From: Spirochaetia bacterium
Lineage (GTDB): Bacteria > Spirochaetota > Spirochaetia > SZUA-6 > Bin103
Assembly (NCBI GenBank): GCA_965199955.1
Contig: CBDATQ010000001.1
Location: 1,376,001-1,440,000, forward strand
Length of the DNA stretch: 64,000 bases
Direction of reading: 5' to 3'
In this document: positions 36,471 through 46,011 of the stretch, in pieces
Layout: every line of letters begins with the position of its first letter
Numbering within the stretch: position 1 is the first letter of the stretch
Made by a program: the position numbers and the translations under genes
Notes under the pieces: generated by a model
Told to the model about the DNA's origin: nothing
What the model saw: the letters and a program-made list of their open reading frames with translations, nothing else
Databases searched by the model: none

Positions 36471-38858
36471 ATGAAAAAGAACGGCGCCTCACCACGGCAG
36501 ATCACCCTCTGTGCGTTCGCCCGGTTCGAAGCGGACAAGATGCACGTGACGGTCGCTCCGGTCGGCGATGCCTTCATCGCGAGAGGATCGGCGGTCGAGC
36601 TCTGGGTCTGGCACCGCTCGCGGCGCGAGCAGTTCGTACGGACCAGGATCGACGACTTCGGCCAGCCGTCAGGCAGAACGGTCGTGCTCGACCTGGCGCA
36701 GGTGCCGGCAGGCACGGCTGAGCTGCAGGCCGTCCTCGTCGACCGGTGGGGTCGCGAGTGCGTCACGCACCTCATCCAGAGCGCCGATCCGCCGGACAAG
36801 CCCGCGTGGTGGGGCTCGCGCGCCGGGCTCGATCCCGGAGTACCCGCTGCCTGGACCTCGCTTGCAGGTGCGCCGCAGGCCGAGGGAGCGTATGCGGTTG
36901 ACTGCTGGGGCAGGACGTACCGATTCGCTCCCGGCTGTCTGCTCGAATCGGTGACCGCGCTGGGCAGCCCGATCCTGCATGCACCCGTGCGGCTGACCGC
37001 GGTCGCGGGCGGCCGGAGCCTGCGCTTCGCTGCGGAACCGATCGATCAGGTGGCGTCGGACCCCGATGAGGTCGTGCTCGAACAGCGCCTGACCGCGGCG
37101 AACCTCGACCTGCGCGTGCAGGTCCACGTCGAATTCGACGGGATGATCCGCTTCGACGTCGAAGTCGCCGCGGCCGACGCCGTCGAGCTGGACTCCCTGT
37201 CGATCGAGATTCCCGTCCGCGCGGAGCATGCGGAGTACCTGTATCACTTTCCGGGGGCATGGGGGACGGCCAGGAACGCCGGCGTCCTGCCGGACACCGC
37301 GGTGAGGATGGGATTCCGGCCGTACGTCTGGCTGGGAGACAATGATCGGGGACTGGCCTGGTTCGGCGAGTCCGACCGCGACTGGCATGTCGCGCCGGGC
37401 GCGCCGGCGACGGAGATCGTCCGCGATGGGAATCGCGTGGTGCTCACGCTGCACCTGATCTCCGCGCCGATGCGGTTGGCGCCGGAGTCGCGGCGTCCGG
37501 CAGCGTGGGACACCGCTCCGGAATTGGAGAACGCCGTGATCGGGGACGCGGCGATCACCGGGCAGCGTGTTGAACGCTACCAGCCATTGCGGTACGCGTT
37601 CGGCCTGCAGGCTACACCGGTCAGGGCGGTCGACCAGGGAGCGTGGGATCACCGGTTCATTCATGTCGGACCGGAGCCGCCGGGAGCGGGGTTCACGGCG
37701 CCTCTGGCCCTCGAACCCTGGTTTCTGGACCGATGCGTCCGGGCGGGTGTGAGAACGGTGGTGCTCCACCAGTTCTGGACCGACATCGAAGCGCACACGA
37801 TACCGGTAGACCGTCAGCGGCTGCACGAGCTCGTCAAGGCGTGCCATCAACGGGGTCTCAAGATCCTGCTGTACTACGGGTTCCTGATCTCCAGCGCCGC
37901 GCCCGAGTGGCGGGACTTCGGGGACGGCTGTCTCACCACGCCCGCGTACGGCTACCCGCTGTTCCGTGACCCACCGCAGCCCGACCAGTCGGCGTGGGTG
38001 GTCTGCCTCAACAGCGCATGGCAGGACTTCGTCGCGGACGCCATCGCCAAGACCATGGACGAGTTCGGGATCGACGGCGTGTATCTCGACGGCACCGAGT
38101 TCCCGGCCGGTTGCATCAACACCCTGCATGGCTGCGGCAGCACGCGGCCCGACGGATCGATCGCGAAGTCGTATCCGATTTTCGGCGTCCGCAGCGCCAT
38201 GCGCCGCATCCACAACGCGGTCACGTCGCGGAACCCCGAGGGGCAGATCAACGTGCACAACTCGACCTGCATGGTCATGCCGACGCTCGGATTCGGCACC
38301 TCGTACTGGGACGGGGAGCAGTTCCAGGACGTCCGCGGAAGTGAGGATGCGGCGACCCAGCTCCCGCTCGACGCGTTTCGCACGGAGTTCATGGGCCGTC
38401 AGTGGGGCGTTCCGGCCGAGTTCCTCTGTTACGGGCAGGGCTTCACCTTCGAACAGGCATGGGCCATCACGTTGATCCATGATGTCCCGGTCAGGCCATT
38501 GAACCGCAACGGACTGGAGGAGCTCGATCTGGCCTCACGCATCTGGCGGCTCATGGACGACTTCGGCCGGAGCCAGGCCGAGTGGCTGCCGTACTGGAAC
38601 AACGCCGAGTACGTCCGCGCCGACGCCTCCGGAATCTACGTGAGCCTCTACCGGCATCCTTCCAACGGTGTGCTCGCCGTCGTTTCAAACCTGAATCGCG
38701 CACGCGCGGCGTTCGCACTTTCCGTGAATTGGGAGCTTCTCGGTATCGATGGGGACCGGGATTCGATCATCGACGCGCTCGACGGATCACCCGCTTGTCT
38801 GAACGGTGTTCTCGATCGCTACGGTTGGCGGCTGCTCTGGTTCAATCCTCCGAACTAG
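36471..38858 (+). CDS. DUF6067-like putative glycoside hydrolase
   Basis: CWGRTYRF, VEFDGMIRFD, WLGDNDRGLAWFGES, FGLQATP, DGVYLDG, WDGEQ, WLPYWNN. Confidence 0.7.
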   Translation: MKKNGASPRQITLCAFARFEADKMHVTVAPVGDAFIARGSAVELWVWHRSRREQFVRTRIDDFGQPSGRTVVLDLAQVPAGTAELQAVLVDRWGRECVTHLIQSADPPDKPAWWGSRAGLDPGVPAAWTSLAGAPQAEGAYAVDCWGRTYRFAPGCLLESVTALGSPILHAPVRLTAVAGGRSLRFAAEPIDQVASDPDEVVLEQRLTAANLDLRVQVHVEFDGMIRFDVEVAAADAVELDSLSIEIPVRAEHAEYLYHFPGAWGTARNAGVLPDTAVRMGFRPYVWLGDNDRGLAWFGESDRDWHVAPGAPATEIVRDGNRVVLTLHLISAPMRLAPESRRPAAWDTAPELENAVIGDAAITGQRVERYQPLRYAFGLQATPVRAVDQGAWDHRFIHVGPEPPGAGFTAPLALEPWFLDRCVRAGVRTVVLHQFWTDIEAHTIPVDRQRLHELVKACHQRGLKILLYYGFLISSAAPEWRDFGDGCLTTPAYGYPLFRDPPQPDQSAWVVCLNSAWQDFVADAIAKTMDEFGIDGVYLDGTEFPAGCINTLHGCGSTRPDGSIAKSYPIFGVRSAMRRIHNAVTSRNPEGQINVHNSTCMVMPTLGFGTSYWDGEQFQDVRGSEDAATQLPLDAFRTEFMGRQWGVPAEFLCYGQGFTFEQAWAITLIHDVPVRPLNRNGLEELDLASRIWRLMDDFGRSQAEWLPYWNNAEYVRADASGIYVSLYRHPSNGVLAVVSNLNRARAAFALSVNWELLGIDGDRDSIIDALDGSPACLNGVLDRYGWRLLWFNPPN

Positions 38859-39751
38859 CCCTTGACGGCGCCGACGATCACACCGTGTATGAAAAACCGT
38901 TGGAGAAACGGGTAGATGATGACGACCGGCAGCACGGTGCACACGATCGCCGCGTTGATCAGGTTCTGCGGCAGGATATTGTCGAGATCGTCGACGACGT
39001 TGCCGACGTCGAGCTGCCCGCCGCCGATCAGCGGATTGGTGTAGATGTCGCGCAGCATGTACTGCAGCGTCCACTTCCACTTGTCGCGGATGAAGATGAG
39101 CACGGGAAACCACATGTTCCAGTAGAACACCGCCGAGATGATGGTGAAGGCGGCCACCATGGGAACGATCAGGGCGAAGACGATCCGAACGAGGATCGCG
39201 AACTCCGAGGCGCCGTCCACCTCCGCCGACTCCATGATCTCCTGCGGCAGCCGCACGATGGCGTTGCGGAAGACGATGATCAGAAACGGGTCCACCAGGT
39301 ACGGGAGCATCAGGGCCAACCTGGTGTTGTTGAGCCCGTACGAGTTCACGATCAGGTAGAACGGGATGAGACCTCCGGAGAAGTACAGCGGGATCAGCGT
39401 GTAAACCAGCGCCATGCGCATGCCGACGAAGTGCTTGTTCGCCAAGGCGTATGCGGCGCTGACCGCGATCAGGATGGCAACCAGTGTATTGACCGTCGTC
39501 AGCAGCACGGTGTTCGTCAGGCTGGTGAGAAAGAGCCTGCTGCTCAGGATGATGTCGTAGCCCCTGGTGTAGAGCTCCACGGGAACGATCGTCACCTGGT
39601 TCTTCAGGATGGCGCTCTTGCTGCTCAGCGAGACGGCCGCCACGTGCATGAAGGGCAGGACGATGCAGAGGCCCAGCAGGATGAATCCGAGATAGAGGAA
39701 CACCTCGAAGACCCGCCGGGAGACGGACCGATAGCGCAGCATTGCTACCAT
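38855..39751 (-). CDS. Carbohydrate ABC permease (LplC-like)
   Basis: YFSGGLIP, ESAEVDGASE, YPFLQRFF..G. Confidence 0.95.
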   Translation of the reverse strand: MVAMLRYRSVSRRVFEVFLYLGFILLGLCIVLPFMHVAAVSLSSKSAILKNQVTIVPVELYTRGYDIILSSRLFLTSLTNTVLLTTVNTLVAILIAVSAAYALANKHFVGMRMALVYTLIPLYFSGGLIPFYLIVNSYGLNNTRLALMLPYLVDPFLIIVFRNAIVRLPQEIMESAEVDGASEFAILVRIVFALIVPMVAAFTIISAVFYWNMWFPVLIFIRDKWKWTLQYMLRDIYTNPLIGGGQLDVGNVVDDLDNILPQNLINAAIVCTVLPVVIIYPFLQRFFIHGVIVGAVKG

Positions 39752-40683
39752 AGGCCGATTCCGGCGAGCCTGCGCGCGACCTTGTGCGCGGCGAACAGCA
39801 GGGCGAACGCGATGACCGACTGCACCAGGCCGATGGCCGCGGTCAGGCTGTACTGGGCCTGCTGCAGCCCGAGGCGGTAGATGTAGACGGCGAGCACGTC
39901 GGAGACCTCGTAGTTCAAAGGGTTGGCGAACACGAAGATCCGCTCGAACTCGACCAGGAACAGGCGCGAGATCCGGAAGATCAGCAACAGCATGATCACC
40001 GGCAGCAGGCCGGGCAGGGTGACCGAGAAGACCATGCGCAGCCGGCTGGAGCCGTCGATGTAGGCCGCCTCATAAAGATCGGAGTCGATGCTCGTCAGCG
40101 CCGCGAAGTAGAGGATCGCGCCCCATCCCATGTTTTTCCAGATCTCCAGGGTGACAACCATCGGCCGGAACAGGTCCACCCGCCCCATGAAGTGAACGGG
40201 GTCGGCGCCGAACAGGACGATGAGCTTGTTCAGCATGCCGTGCAGCGGAGAGAGAAGCTGATACATGAGCCCGTATACCGCAACCCATGAGATGAAGTGG
40301 GGCAGGTAGGAGACGGTCTGGCTCACCCGCTTGAACGGTTTGCTCGTCATCTCGTTGGCCAGCAGCGCGAAGACGATGGGAGCGGGAAAGCCGATCAGGA
40401 TGTCGAGCAGGCTGATGTAGATCGTGTTCTTGACGACGTTCCAGAAGCGGGCATCTGACAGGAAGAAGCGGAAGTGCTCGAGCCCGGCCCAGGCGCTTCC
40501 CAGGATGCCTCGATACGGCGTGAAGTCCTTGAAGGAGATGATGATGCCGTAGATCGGCAGGTAGTTGAACAGGAACAGCAGCACCGCCCCAGGCAGGAAC
40601 AGCGCGAACAGCGACAGCGCGCGTTTCGTGATCTTTCGCCGTGACGCCGGGCGGGCCGCCGCCGGTGCCTGAGCGTCTGCCAT
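39745..40683 (-). CDS. Carbohydrate ABC permease (LplB-like)
   Basis: SYLPHFISW, WKNMGWGAILYFAAL, LYEAAYIDG. Confidence 0.95.
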   Translation of the reverse strand: MADAQAPAAARPASRRKITKRALSLFALFLPGAVLLFLFNYLPIYGIIISFKDFTPYRGILGSAWAGLEHFRFFLSDARFWNVVKNTIYISLLDILIGFPAPIVFALLANEMTSKPFKRVSQTVSYLPHFISWVAVYGLMYQLLSPLHGMLNKLIVLFGADPVHFMGRVDLFRPMVVTLEIWKNMGWGAILYFAALTSIDSDLYEAAYIDGSSRLRMVFSVTLPGLLPVIMLLLIFRISRLFLVEFERIFVFANPLNYEVSDVLAVYIYRLGLQQAQYSLTAAIGLVQSVIAFALLFAAHKVARRLAGIGLW

Positions 40684-40711
40684 CTCGCTCGTTCCTCTCC
40701 TGTGGTGAAAG

Positions 40712-40744
40712 CGGGGGGCGCATACCTGAGCATGCGCCCCCCCG
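40712..40744 (-). terminator. Stem-loop between binding-protein and permease genes
   Basis: GGGGGGCGCAT..ATGCGCCCCCC inverted repeat. Confidence 0.65.
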
Positions 40745-40783
40745 GGTTGGTGCTACGTCGCTACGCTACGGTGTCGATGTGGT

Positions 40784-42394
40784 CTACCAGTCGACCATCC
40801 TGACGTTCTTGGCGCGCAGATCGTCCCGGTTCTCCTGCACGTACCGGGTCTGGTAGTCGTAGATGAAGCCGAATTCCTCCTGGAACTTCGCGACCTCTTC
40901 GTCGAACTGATCCAGGGTGATCTGCCCGGAGATGGCCTTGGCGATGGCGGCGCTGATGAAGGGGTTGACCTCGCCCGCCTTCTTGCTGACTTCCGGGTCC
41001 GTGGGAACGAACGGCATGTAGCTCAAACCCACCCCACGGTCCTTCTCGATCAGCCACTGCGCGCTGTCGTAGGCGCGCTGCCACTCCATCGGGTGCCGGC
41101 CTTCCTGTACGGCGTACTTGACCTGCGTGGGCCAGAATCCGCTGATGATGCCGAGGTGCAGCGTCCAGTAGTGGGAGTCCGGATCGTCGAGGTCGCGGAA
41201 ATAGAGGCGGTCAGTGGCCATGCGCGCGCCGTCCTGTAGGTTGTATTCCTTGCCCTCCCGGCCCCAGGAGATGACGTCCCACAGCTCGTCGGACGCGAAG
41301 GCCTCGAGCACCCTCCACGCCCGGTCAGGATGCTTGGAGGCGGAGGTGATGCCGGTGCGATGGGAGGAAATCGGGAAGATGTCCACGCCGTAGTTGATGC
41401 TCAGGTCCGCCATGTACCTGGGATCCGTCAGGGCTTCCGGGTACTCGTCGAGCGGCGGCGTGTATACCCACACCTGGCCGGAGTTCAGCATGTTGTCGTA
41501 CCCGGGGATCACCTGGTCGGTGGCGTTGGAGAACATGGAGACGTAGCGCTCAGCTCTCTTCTGAACCCACGCGGCCGTATCGCTGGTGGCGAACTCGGGA
41601 TCCAGGATGCCTTCCTCGAACACCTGACGCCACAGTTTGAGGGCTTCCTTCATGGCGGGAAGCGTGATGTTGTGGTGTACCTCGCCGTCCTGGATGCGCG
41701 TGCCGTAGGGCGGAACGCCGTACCAGAGGAACAGGGTGTCGCCGGTGGCGAACAGCCGTCCGCCCCAGGCCAGACGCGAGGAGAGCGGCGTGGAGTCTTC
41801 ATAGGTGTCCCTGACCCACCGGAGGAAATCGACATATCCGTCGACGGTGCCCGGAAACTCGCCGCCGTTGTACTCTTCGAGCAGGTCGTAGCGCACCAGG
41901 TTCCCCCAGCCGGGCTCACGCGCGCTCATCACCATGGGCATGGCGAAGTGGAGTCCGTTCGGCGTCGCGGCCAGGTCGAACGCGAGCTGCGAGACCCGCG
42001 ATTGCATGATTTCGGAGTTGTCGTAGTACGGCTGGAGATCGATGAACGCGCCCGCATCGGCGGCGTTTTCCAGATCCGCCTTCTGCCAGCCGTGGACGAT
42101 GTCGGGCAGGTTGCCGGAAGCCAGCAGCAGATTGATCTTGGTGGCGAAATCCTGGTAGTTCGGAACCTCCAGAACGAGGTCGACGTTGGCGAGCTGTTCG
42201 ACGACGTCGATCGCCCAGTTGCTGCTTGGGTCGACTTCGGCCGGGTGCGGGACGCCGGAGTTCCCCATGAACATGTGGACGGTCACCGTCTCTTCCGCCG
42301 CCGCCTCGGACTCGGCGGAGCTCCAGCCCAGCGGCGTCACACACAGCGCAAGGAGCGCCGCGATGCCCGCTACGATAGATGCCCGGTTCTTCAT
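40784..42394 (-). CDS. Carbohydrate ABC substrate-binding protein (LplA-like)
   Basis: Signal peptide, LLLASGNLPDI, VRYDLLE, EGILDPEF, WGREGKEY; upstream of the permeases. Confidence 0.92.
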   Translation of the reverse strand: MKNRASIVAGIAALLALCVTPLGWSSAESEAAAEETVTVHMFMGNSGVPHPAEVDPSSNWAIDVVEQLANVDLVLEVPNYQDFATKINLLLASGNLPDIVHGWQKADLENAADAGAFIDLQPYYDNSEIMQSRVSQLAFDLAATPNGLHFAMPMVMSAREPGWGNLVRYDLLEEYNGGEFPGTVDGYVDFLRWVRDTYEDSTPLSSRLAWGGRLFATGDTLFLWYGVPPYGTRIQDGEVHHNITLPAMKEALKLWRQVFEEGILDPEFATSDTAAWVQKRAERYVSMFSNATDQVIPGYDNMLNSGQVWVYTPPLDEYPEALTDPRYMADLSINYGVDIFPISSHRTGITSASKHPDRAWRVLEAFASDELWDVISWGREGKEYNLQDGARMATDRLYFRDLDDPDSHYWTLHLGIISGFWPTQVKYAVQEGRHPMEWQRAYDSAQWLIEKDRGVGLSYMPFVPTDPEVSKKAGEVNPFISAAIAKAISGQITLDQFDEEVAKFQEEFGFIYDYQTRYVQENRDDLRAKNVRMVDW

Positions 42395-42405
42395 GAACTG
42401 CCTCC

Positions 42406-42431
42406 AAAAAAATCGGTCCCCCGAGGGACCG
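42406..42431 (-). terminator. Intrinsic terminator-like hairpin with U-tract abutting the RBS of 42394
   Basis: Minus strand CGGTCCC-TCGG-GGGACCG-ATTTTTTT-GGAGG. Confidence 0.6.
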
Positions 42432-42481
42432 TGGTGGAACTTGCGCGGCCAAGCTACTGCACGACCCTCCGGAGACGCAAG

Positions 42482-43021
42482 CTACGCCCCGTCGAAGTCG
42501 GCGCGGAGCACGTACATCATGACGGTGCCGTGCAGCTCGCCGTCGTGGTACCAGGAGTCCGGCCAGTAGCCGCACCGCTTGAAGCCGCACTTCTCGTAGC
42601 ATCGGATCGCGCGCTTGTTGAACGAGTGCGCGGTGAGCCTGACGTTGTTCAGGTTGAGGGTGTGGAACGCGAAGCGCAGCAGCAGCCGCACGGCGTCGGT
42701 GCCGAAGCCGCGGTTCCAGAAGCGCTTGTCGCCGATCAGGATGCCGAGGTCGCCGGTGCGGTCCACGGCGCTCACGTCGCCGACGCCGCAGTTGCCGATC
42801 AGCTCGTCGCCGTCCAGCGCGACGATGGCGAAGTGATAGGGCTCCCCGGCCAGGCTGGCCAGCGCGTCCCGCTCGCCGGCGACGGTGACGATGCGGCGGG
42901 TGAAGGTGATGCCGGCGGCGACTTCCGCATCGTTGAGCCACGCGGTATAAGTCGGCGCGTCGTCCGGGTCGATCGGTGACAGGTAACACTGCTCGCCGAC
43001 CAGCTTCTTGAAGTACGCCAT
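42482..43021 (-). CDS. RimJ/RimL-type GNAT acetyltransferase, copy 2
   Basis: GILIGDKRFWNRGFGTDAV, FNKRAIRCYEKCGF. Confidence 0.93.
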   Translation of the reverse strand: MAYFKKLVGEQCYLSPIDPDDAPTYTAWLNDAEVAAGITFTRRIVTVAGERDALASLAGEPYHFAIVALDGDELIGNCGVGDVSAVDRTGDLGILIGDKRFWNRGFGTDAVRLLLRFAFHTLNLNNVRLTAHSFNKRAIRCYEKCGFKRCGYWPDSWYHDGELHGTVMMYVLRADFDGA

Positions 43022-43052
43022 GGCGGAGTATGCCGGGGAACGGCGGGTGCCG

Positions 43053-43592
43053 CTACCCGGCCGCGAAGTTGGCGCGGAGCAGGTGCATGAAGACGCTGCC
43101 GTGTAGCGCCCCGTCGTGGTACCAGGAGTCCGGCCAGTAGCCGCACCGCTTGAAGCCGCACTTCTCGTAGCATCGGATCGCCCGTTGGTTGAACGCGTGT
43201 GCCGTAAGCTTGATGTTGTTCAGGTTGAGCGCGAGGAAGGCGAATCGCAGCAACAGCCGCACGGCGTCGGTGCCGAAGCCGCGATCCCAGAACCGCTTGT
43301 CGCCGATCATGATGCCGAGCCTGCCGGTGCGGTCGACGGCGCTGACATCGTCGATGCCGCAACCGCCCAGCAGCCTATCGCCTTCCAGCGCGACGATGGC
43401 GAAGTGATATGGCCGCTCGGCGAGCTTGGCGAGCGCGTCCCGCTCGCCCGCGACGTTCAATATGCGGCGTGTGACGCCGACGCTGGCGGCCACCTCCGGG
43501 TCGTTGAGCCACTCGGTGAACGCCGACGCGTGGTCGGTGTCGATCGGCGACAGGTAGCACTTGTCACCGACGAGCTTCTTGAAATGAGCCAT
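43053..43592 (-). CDS. RimJ/RimL-type GNAT acetyltransferase, copy 1
   Basis: GIMIGDKRFWDRGFGTDAV, FNQRAIRCYEKCGF; start ATG 43592 by alignment to copy 2. Confidence 0.93.
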   Translation of the reverse strand: MAHFKKLVGDKCYLSPIDTDHASAFTEWLNDPEVAASVGVTRRILNVAGERDALAKLAERPYHFAIVALEGDRLLGGCGIDDVSAVDRTGRLGIMIGDKRFWDRGFGTDAVRLLLRFAFLALNLNNIKLTAHAFNQRAIRCYEKCGFKRCGYWPDSWYHDGALHGSVFMHLLRANFAAG

Positions 43593-43691
43593 GATGGAGT
43601 ATCCCGGAGACGGCGGACCGGCGTCAGCACCGAATGCCGACGGCTCGGAGTATGATGCCGGCACGGTGAGCGATCCGGCGTTTCCGCGGTC

Positions 43692-44636
43692 ATGAGCGGC
43701 AAACCTATGATGGTGAAGGCGTTTGCGCCGGCCACCGTCGCCAACGTGGCGTCGGGTTTCGACGTGCTGGGGATTGCCGTGTCGCATCCCGGCGACACCG
43801 TGGAGGCGCGCCGCACGGAGGCCGGCGCGGTGACCCTGCGGGAAGTCACCGGGGACGGCGGGCGCCTGCCGCGCGACGGGCGCAACACCGCCGTGATCGC
43901 CGTGCGCGCTCTGCTGGAGCGGCTGGGCGAACCGTTCGGGGTCGAGCTGGCACTGCACAAGGGCATGCCAATGGCCTCCGGACTGGGGGGCTCGGCGGCC
44001 AGCGCCGCCGCGGCGCTGATCGCCGTGAACCGGCTGGCCGGCGATGCCATGCCGCCGGAGGAGCTGCTGCCCTGCGCGCTGGCGGCGGAGCGGGCCGCCG
44101 CCGGCGCCGGCCACGCCGACAACGCGGCGCCCGCCTTGCTGGGAGGTGTCGTCCTGATCCGCAGCAGCGACCCGCCGGACCTGGTACGCCTGCCGGTGCC
44201 GGCCGGCCTGGCCGTGGCCCTGCTCAGTCCCGACGTCGAGATCCGCACCGCGGCGGCGCGGCGCATGCTCCCCACGCAGATTCCGCTCACCCACGCTGTG
44301 GCGCAGTGGGGGAACCTGGCGGCGCTGGTGGCGTCGCTGCACTCCGGGGACCTGGCGCTGATGGGCCGCTCGCTGTGCGACGTGGTGGCCGAGCCGGTGC
44401 GGGCGGCGCTCATCCCGGAGTTCGACCGCGTGAAGCAGGCGGCGCTGGCCGGCGGCGCGATCGGTTGCTCCATATCCGGTTCCGGTCCGGCGGTGTTCGC
44501 CCTGGCGGCGTCCACGGCGCGGGCCGCCTCCGTGGGGGAGGCCATGAAGAGCGCGTTCGCAGCCGCCGGGCTCAAGGCCGTCAGCTATGTGTCGGAGATC
44601 GGCACGTCCGGGCCGCGCGTGCTGGCGGAGCGCTGA
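43692..44636 (+). CDS. thrB: Homoserine kinase
   Basis: APATVANVASGFD, PMASGLGGSAAS, HADN, ISGSGP; adjacent to thrC. Confidence 0.95.
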   Translation: MSGKPMMVKAFAPATVANVASGFDVLGIAVSHPGDTVEARRTEAGAVTLREVTGDGGRLPRDGRNTAVIAVRALLERLGEPFGVELALHKGMPMASGLGGSAASAAAALIAVNRLAGDAMPPEELLPCALAAERAAAGAGHADNAAPALLGGVVLIRSSDPPDLVRLPVPAGLAVALLSPDVEIRTAAARRMLPTQIPLTHAVAQWGNLAALVASLHSGDLALMGRSLCDVVAEPVRAALIPEFDRVKQAALAGGAIGCSISGSGPAVFALAASTARAASVGEAMKSAFAAAGLKAVSYVSEIGTSGPRVLAER

Positions 44637-44663
44637 GTCGGGCGCGGATCGGGGAGGACGGCG

Positions 44664-46007
44664 GTGCAGGTCTGCTCCACCCGTGACCGCGGCATGCGCC
44701 TGTCGTTCAGCGCGTCGCTCCTGGCCGGGCTGCCTCCGAAAGGCGGGCTCTACCAGCCCGATCCGCCCCCGGACCTGAGGGGCGAGATCGCCGCCCTACC
44801 GGAAGGGGCTTCGTTCCGGGAGGTGTCGGCGGCCGCCACCTCCCGGTTGCTGGAGGAGGAACTGGCGGCGTCGCCCGGCGGGTGGGTGGCGACGGCAGAC
44901 TCCCTGGTCGAGGAGGCGTTTCCGTTCGCGCCCGCGCTGAGCCGGCTGCATGACGGCATCGTCCTGCTGGAGCTCTTCCACGGCCCCACCTGCGCCTTCA
45001 AGGACTTCGGCGCGTCGTTCCTGGCCACGCTGCTTGCGCGCCAGCTCCGCGCGAGCCCCGGCGGACAGCGTGTCGTGGTGCTGGTCGCGACCTCCGGCGA
45101 CACCGGCGGCGCGGTGGCGCGCGCCTTCTGGCGGCGCAGCGGCATCGACGTGGTGCTGCTCTACCCATCTGGCCGCATCAGCCGCCTGCAGGAGCAGCAG
45201 CTCACCGCGCTGGGCGGCAACGTGCACGCGCTGGAGGTGGCAGGCTCGTTCGACGACTGCCAGCGCCTGGTGAAGGCGGCGCTGGCCGATCCGGAGCTGG
45301 CGGCGGCGGCGCGGCTGTGCCCGGCCAACTCCATCAGCCTGGGCCGCCTGCTGCCGCAAGCGTTCTACTACCTGTTTGCGGGCGTGCGCCTCGGCTCCCA
45401 CGGGCGGCCCCTGTTCTGCGTGCCCAGCGGCAACTTCGGCAACCTGACCGCCGGCGTGTACGCCGCCTGGTGGGGGTTGCCTGTCGCCGGGTTCCTGGCG
45501 GCAACCAACCGCAACGACGTGGTTCCGCGGTACCTCGAAACCGGCGAGCTGGCCCAACATCCGAGCTTCGCCACGCTGTCCAATGCCATGGACGTGGGCG
45601 ACCCCTCCAACTTCGAGCGCATCCTGGCGCGCTGGGAACACGACCATGCGGCCGTGCGCGCCCACCTGCTAGGCTGCGCGGTCAGCGACGCCGACACCCT
45701 GGCCACCATGCGCGACGTGCACCGCCGCGACGGCCGGCTGGTGGATCCGCACACCGCCGTGGGCATCGCTGCGGCTCGGCGCCTGCGCGAATCCAGCGGC
45801 GTGGACGCCGGCAGGCCGCTGGTGGTGCTGGCCACCGCCGACGCCGGGAAGTTCCCGGAGACCGTGCGCCGGGCCACCGGCGTCGAGCCGCCGATCCCGC
45901 CATCACTGCAAGAGCTCCTGGCGCGTCCCAAGCAGGCGACGCCGCTGGAGCCACGCTCTGCGGCGCTGCGCGCGTTCATCCTCGAGCGTGCCGCCGCCGG
46001 CGGCTGA
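44664..46007 (+). CDS. thrC: Threonine synthase
   Basis: LELFHGPTCAFKDF (PLP lysine), ATSGDTG, VPSGNFGN, SNAMD..PSNFER, DPHTA. Confidence 0.95.
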   Translation: MQVCSTRDRGMRLSFSASLLAGLPPKGGLYQPDPPPDLRGEIAALPEGASFREVSAAATSRLLEEELAASPGGWVATADSLVEEAFPFAPALSRLHDGIVLLELFHGPTCAFKDFGASFLATLLARQLRASPGGQRVVVLVATSGDTGGAVARAFWRRSGIDVVLLYPSGRISRLQEQQLTALGGNVHALEVAGSFDDCQRLVKAALADPELAAAARLCPANSISLGRLLPQAFYYLFAGVRLGSHGRPLFCVPSGNFGNLTAGVYAAWWGLPVAGFLAATNRNDVVPRYLETGELAQHPSFATLSNAMDVGDPSNFERILARWEHDHAAVRAHLLGCAVSDADTLATMRDVHRRDGRLVDPHTAVGIAAARRLRESSGVDAGRPLVVLATADAGKFPETVRRATGVEPPIPPSLQELLARPKQATPLEPRSAALRAFILERAAAGG

Positions 46008-46011
46008 CCCG

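Noticed and set aside
45903..46011. FGGY ORF overlapping the thrC 3' end
   Set aside because: Out-of-frame run-on; the family C-terminus ends at TAG 46012 in another frame
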